This document shows positions 61,908-64,000 of a stretch of 64,000 bases of DNA, in pieces (position 1 is the stretch's first letter; each line of letters opens with the position of its first letter). This DNA comes from an uncultured Desulfospira sp. (GTDB lineage Bacteria > Desulfobacterota > Desulfobacteria > Desulfobacterales > Desulfobacteraceae): NCBI GenBank assembly GCA_963663165.1, contig OY760175.1, forward strand, positions 864,001 through 928,000, written 5' to 3'. Both the position numbers and the translations under genes were made by a program. Under the pieces are notes generated by a model. It did not search any database. It saw nothing but the letters and a program-made list of their open reading frames with translations, and was not told the DNA's origin.

Positions 61908-62855
61908 ATGAACGGTGAGAATGACAACCAATTTAACACCCCTTTTGAAGCAGTTGTTGGTGAATGCTGCTCCGAAGACGATGTCGGCCATGGGAACCAC
62001 CTTGGGATCTTTTATGATGATCTGACCAGCCTTTTTAATCAGCTTCCGGAAATTATACAACAAGGCCGGATAGCGTTATCATATGCGGACAACAAAAGCG
62101 CCAGGCCCTATCCATTTCCCGAACAGGAACCGACAGGTGTTCTGCTGGAATGGCCCATACCACGATTTGGTTTGATCAGTGTCATTCAAACGGACTCGCC
62201 GGAAGGGGGGAATGAATTCATCTCAGCCTATCCCTGGGTAAGTGATGGGGCGCAGCATACAATTCTTATTGAAGAAATTAAATTATGGCCCAATCGTCTT
62301 GAAGCCCAGATTCAATGTGTTGTGGGCTCTGAAAAAGATCACTCGCTTGTATTTTTTGATCCGTTGTTTGCCGCTAACCGAAAATTTTATAAAAAAGGGG
62401 AAGCTTATCCGTTCATTTTTACGGGGTTCACATATACGATGGAAATCGTAAGCCCTGATCCCATCATTATCCATGAGCAAGAACATGTCTCCCGGCTTCG
62501 GGGGGTGATGCATGCCAATAATCCAGCCGAACGGGATAGTAAAGAACCATTGATTTTTCAAACCTGTGGAATGGCAGCGCTTTTACCACGGCCTGATCTT
62601 GGTGAAGACGACTATGAGTTTCAGGGACCTGTCAGATCGGTGACAGAACTGCATGAAAAAATGCTCGGTCAAAGGGTTTGGTGTATTCGCATCACGGTAC
62701 TCAGACCTTGTGATATTGATTTTGATATCGATTTGTATGTCCCTGAAAACAAGCTCAAAAACCGCAGACTCCCAACCATTGGTGAAGACGTGCGCGGCGT
62801 TCTCTGGCTCCAGGCCTATCTTTGGTATCCCGGAGAAAAAACAAACCAAACATAA
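61908..62855 (+). CDS. Hypothetical protein
   Basis: 315 aa ORF with RBS AGGAG; C-terminal G.D..G.LWLQ. Confidence 0.75.
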   Translation: MNGENDNQFNTPFEAVVGECCSEDDVGHGNHLGIFYDDLTSLFNQLPEIIQQGRIALSYADNKSARPYPFPEQEPTGVLLEWPIPRFGLISVIQTDSPEGGNEFISAYPWVSDGAQHTILIEEIKLWPNRLEAQIQCVVGSEKDHSLVFFDPLFAANRKFYKKGEAYPFIFTGFTYTMEIVSPDPIIIHEQEHVSRLRGVMHANNPAERDSKEPLIFQTCGMAALLPRPDLGEDDYEFQGPVRSVTELHEKMLGQRVWCIRITVLRPCDIDFDIDLYVPENKLKNRRLPTIGEDVRGVLWLQAYLWYPGEKTNQT

Positions 62856-62889
62856 GTGGAAATTCAATTTAAAGTCCAACTATTGGATA

Positions 62890-62995
62890 TAACGGCCATA
62901 CCCTAAAGGGCAGAAACCGGGCCGCCTTGGTTATCCAAGCGAGGCAGCCGGCAACAAAGATTAAAAGTCACCTTTGTTAAGGGACTTTCTCATAA
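62890..62995 (+). repeat. Divergent ~91-bp repeat (copy G) carrying a 19-bp micro-insertion
   Basis: TAACGGCCA[TACCCTAAAGGGCAGAAAC]CGGGCCGCCTTGGTTATCCAA. Confidence 0.85.
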
Positions 62996-63008
62996 AACTC
63001 AATACACT

Positions 63009-64000
63009 ATGAATGACATCGAAAAAATCGAAAAACGTCTATGGGAGGCGGCTGACCAGTTAAGGGCAAACTCAAAGCTGACCTCTACCGAATACGCATT
63101 GCCCATATTGGGGCTGATCTTTTTGAGGCATGCCTACAACCGGTATCTGATCGTTGAAAAACAGATCAAGAAAGACCTGCCGTCCCGTGGGGGCAAGACC
63201 CGTCCCCTTACCAAGGATGATTTCGTTCAGAAAAGCGCCCTGTATCTCCAGAAGGAGGCCCAGTTCCAGTATCTGCTTGAGCTTCCCTCGGGGGAGGATA
63301 TTTCCCATAAGATCATCAATGCCATGACGATCATCGAGTCCGACTATACGGGGCTCCAAGATATCCTGCCCAGGGAATACCACATCTTCGATAACGAACT
63401 GTTGAGCAAGATGCTACGGATTTTTGACGATGAAGCCCTGCGTAACGGCAATGGGGATGTGTTTGGTCGGATCTACGAGTATTTTCTCATGAAGTTTGCC
63501 ATGGCCGGTGCCCAGGACTCCGGGGAGTTTTTTACGCCGACATCCCTGGTTCAGACCATCGTGAATGTCATTGAACCGGACCATGGGACCGTGTTTGACC
63601 CGGCTTGCGGGTCCGGCGGCATGTTCGTTCAAACCTCCCATTTTCTCAACCAGACGGGCAGGGCAACCCAGGAGGCTGTCACCTTTTACGGGCAGGAGAA
63701 GACGGCACTGACCATCCGTCTTGCCAAAATGAACCTTGCCGTGCACGGCCTTGAAGGGCAGATCCTTGAGGGAAACACCTTTTATGAGGACAACCACTGG
63801 CTTTGGGAGAAGGCTGATTTTTTGATGGCCAATCCACCGTTCAATGTGGACAAGGTGGACGCCGAAAAGATCAAGGACGATCCCCGCCTGCCCTTTGGCC
63901 TGCCCGGCGTAAACAAGAACAAGGAGGTCAGCAACGGTAATTACCTGTGGATCTCTTATTTCTACAGTTATCTCAATGGGACAGGGCGGGCCGGTTTCGT
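63009..64000 (+). CDS. hsdM: Type I restriction-modification methyltransferase (runs off the window)
   Basis: LWEAADQLRANS, GRIYEYFL, GEFFTP, DPACGSGGMF, ANPPFN. Confidence 0.95.
   Translation, partial: MNDIEKIEKRLWEAADQLRANSKLTSTEYALPILGLIFLRHAYNRYLIVEKQIKKDLPSRGGKTRPLTKDDFVQKSALYLQKEAQFQYLLELPSGEDISHKIINAMTIIESDYTGLQDILPREYHIFDNELLSKMLRIFDDEALRNGNGDVFGRIYEYFLMKFAMAGAQDSGEFFTPTSLVQTIVNVIEPDHGTVFDPACGSGGMFVQTSHFLNQTGRATQEAVTFYGQEKTALTIRLAKMNLAVHGLEGQILEGNTFYEDNHWLWEKADFLMANPPFNVDKVDAEKIKDDPRLPFGLPGVNKNKEVSNGNYLWISYFYSYLNGTGRAGF

Overview
64 kb of a sulfate-reducing Desulfobacteraceae-like (Desulfobacula/Desulfobacter-type) chromosome; the taxon is inferred from gene content. 1-30.7 kb is mostly metabolic: Zn/Mn ABC operon, DadA-like oxidoreductase, large PKD surface protein, cereblon homologue, rocD, DDAH, a corrinoid methyl-transfer operon headed by DUF917, and two tandem 889-aa MalT-like regulators. 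30.7-53.7 kb is an accessory, decaying tract: secreted proteins, gene fragments, four toxin-antitoxin modules (three with broken toxins), PEP-CTERM genes, and an IS91-family pseudogene. That pseudogene sits divergent from an attI-like site, a compact attC-like hairpin and a 1000-nt group IIB intron that has lost its RT. 53.9-60.7 kb is a DUF1329/DUF1302/YCF48/RND operon, and the window ends in a type I hsdM. The most unusual signals are non-coding. (1) An 18-20 bp hairpin micro-insertion (TACCCTAAAGGGCAGAAAC) hits the IS91 gene three times and a repeat once. (2) The integron-like platform has an HUH transposase where intI would be. (3) A ~91-bp three-hairpin repeat occurs in 7 copies with compensatory changes. 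(4) A 30-bp motif (26/30 identical) is shared by the DUF917/methyltransferase and DUF1329 promoters 28 kb apart. All calls come from reading the sequence; no searches were run.
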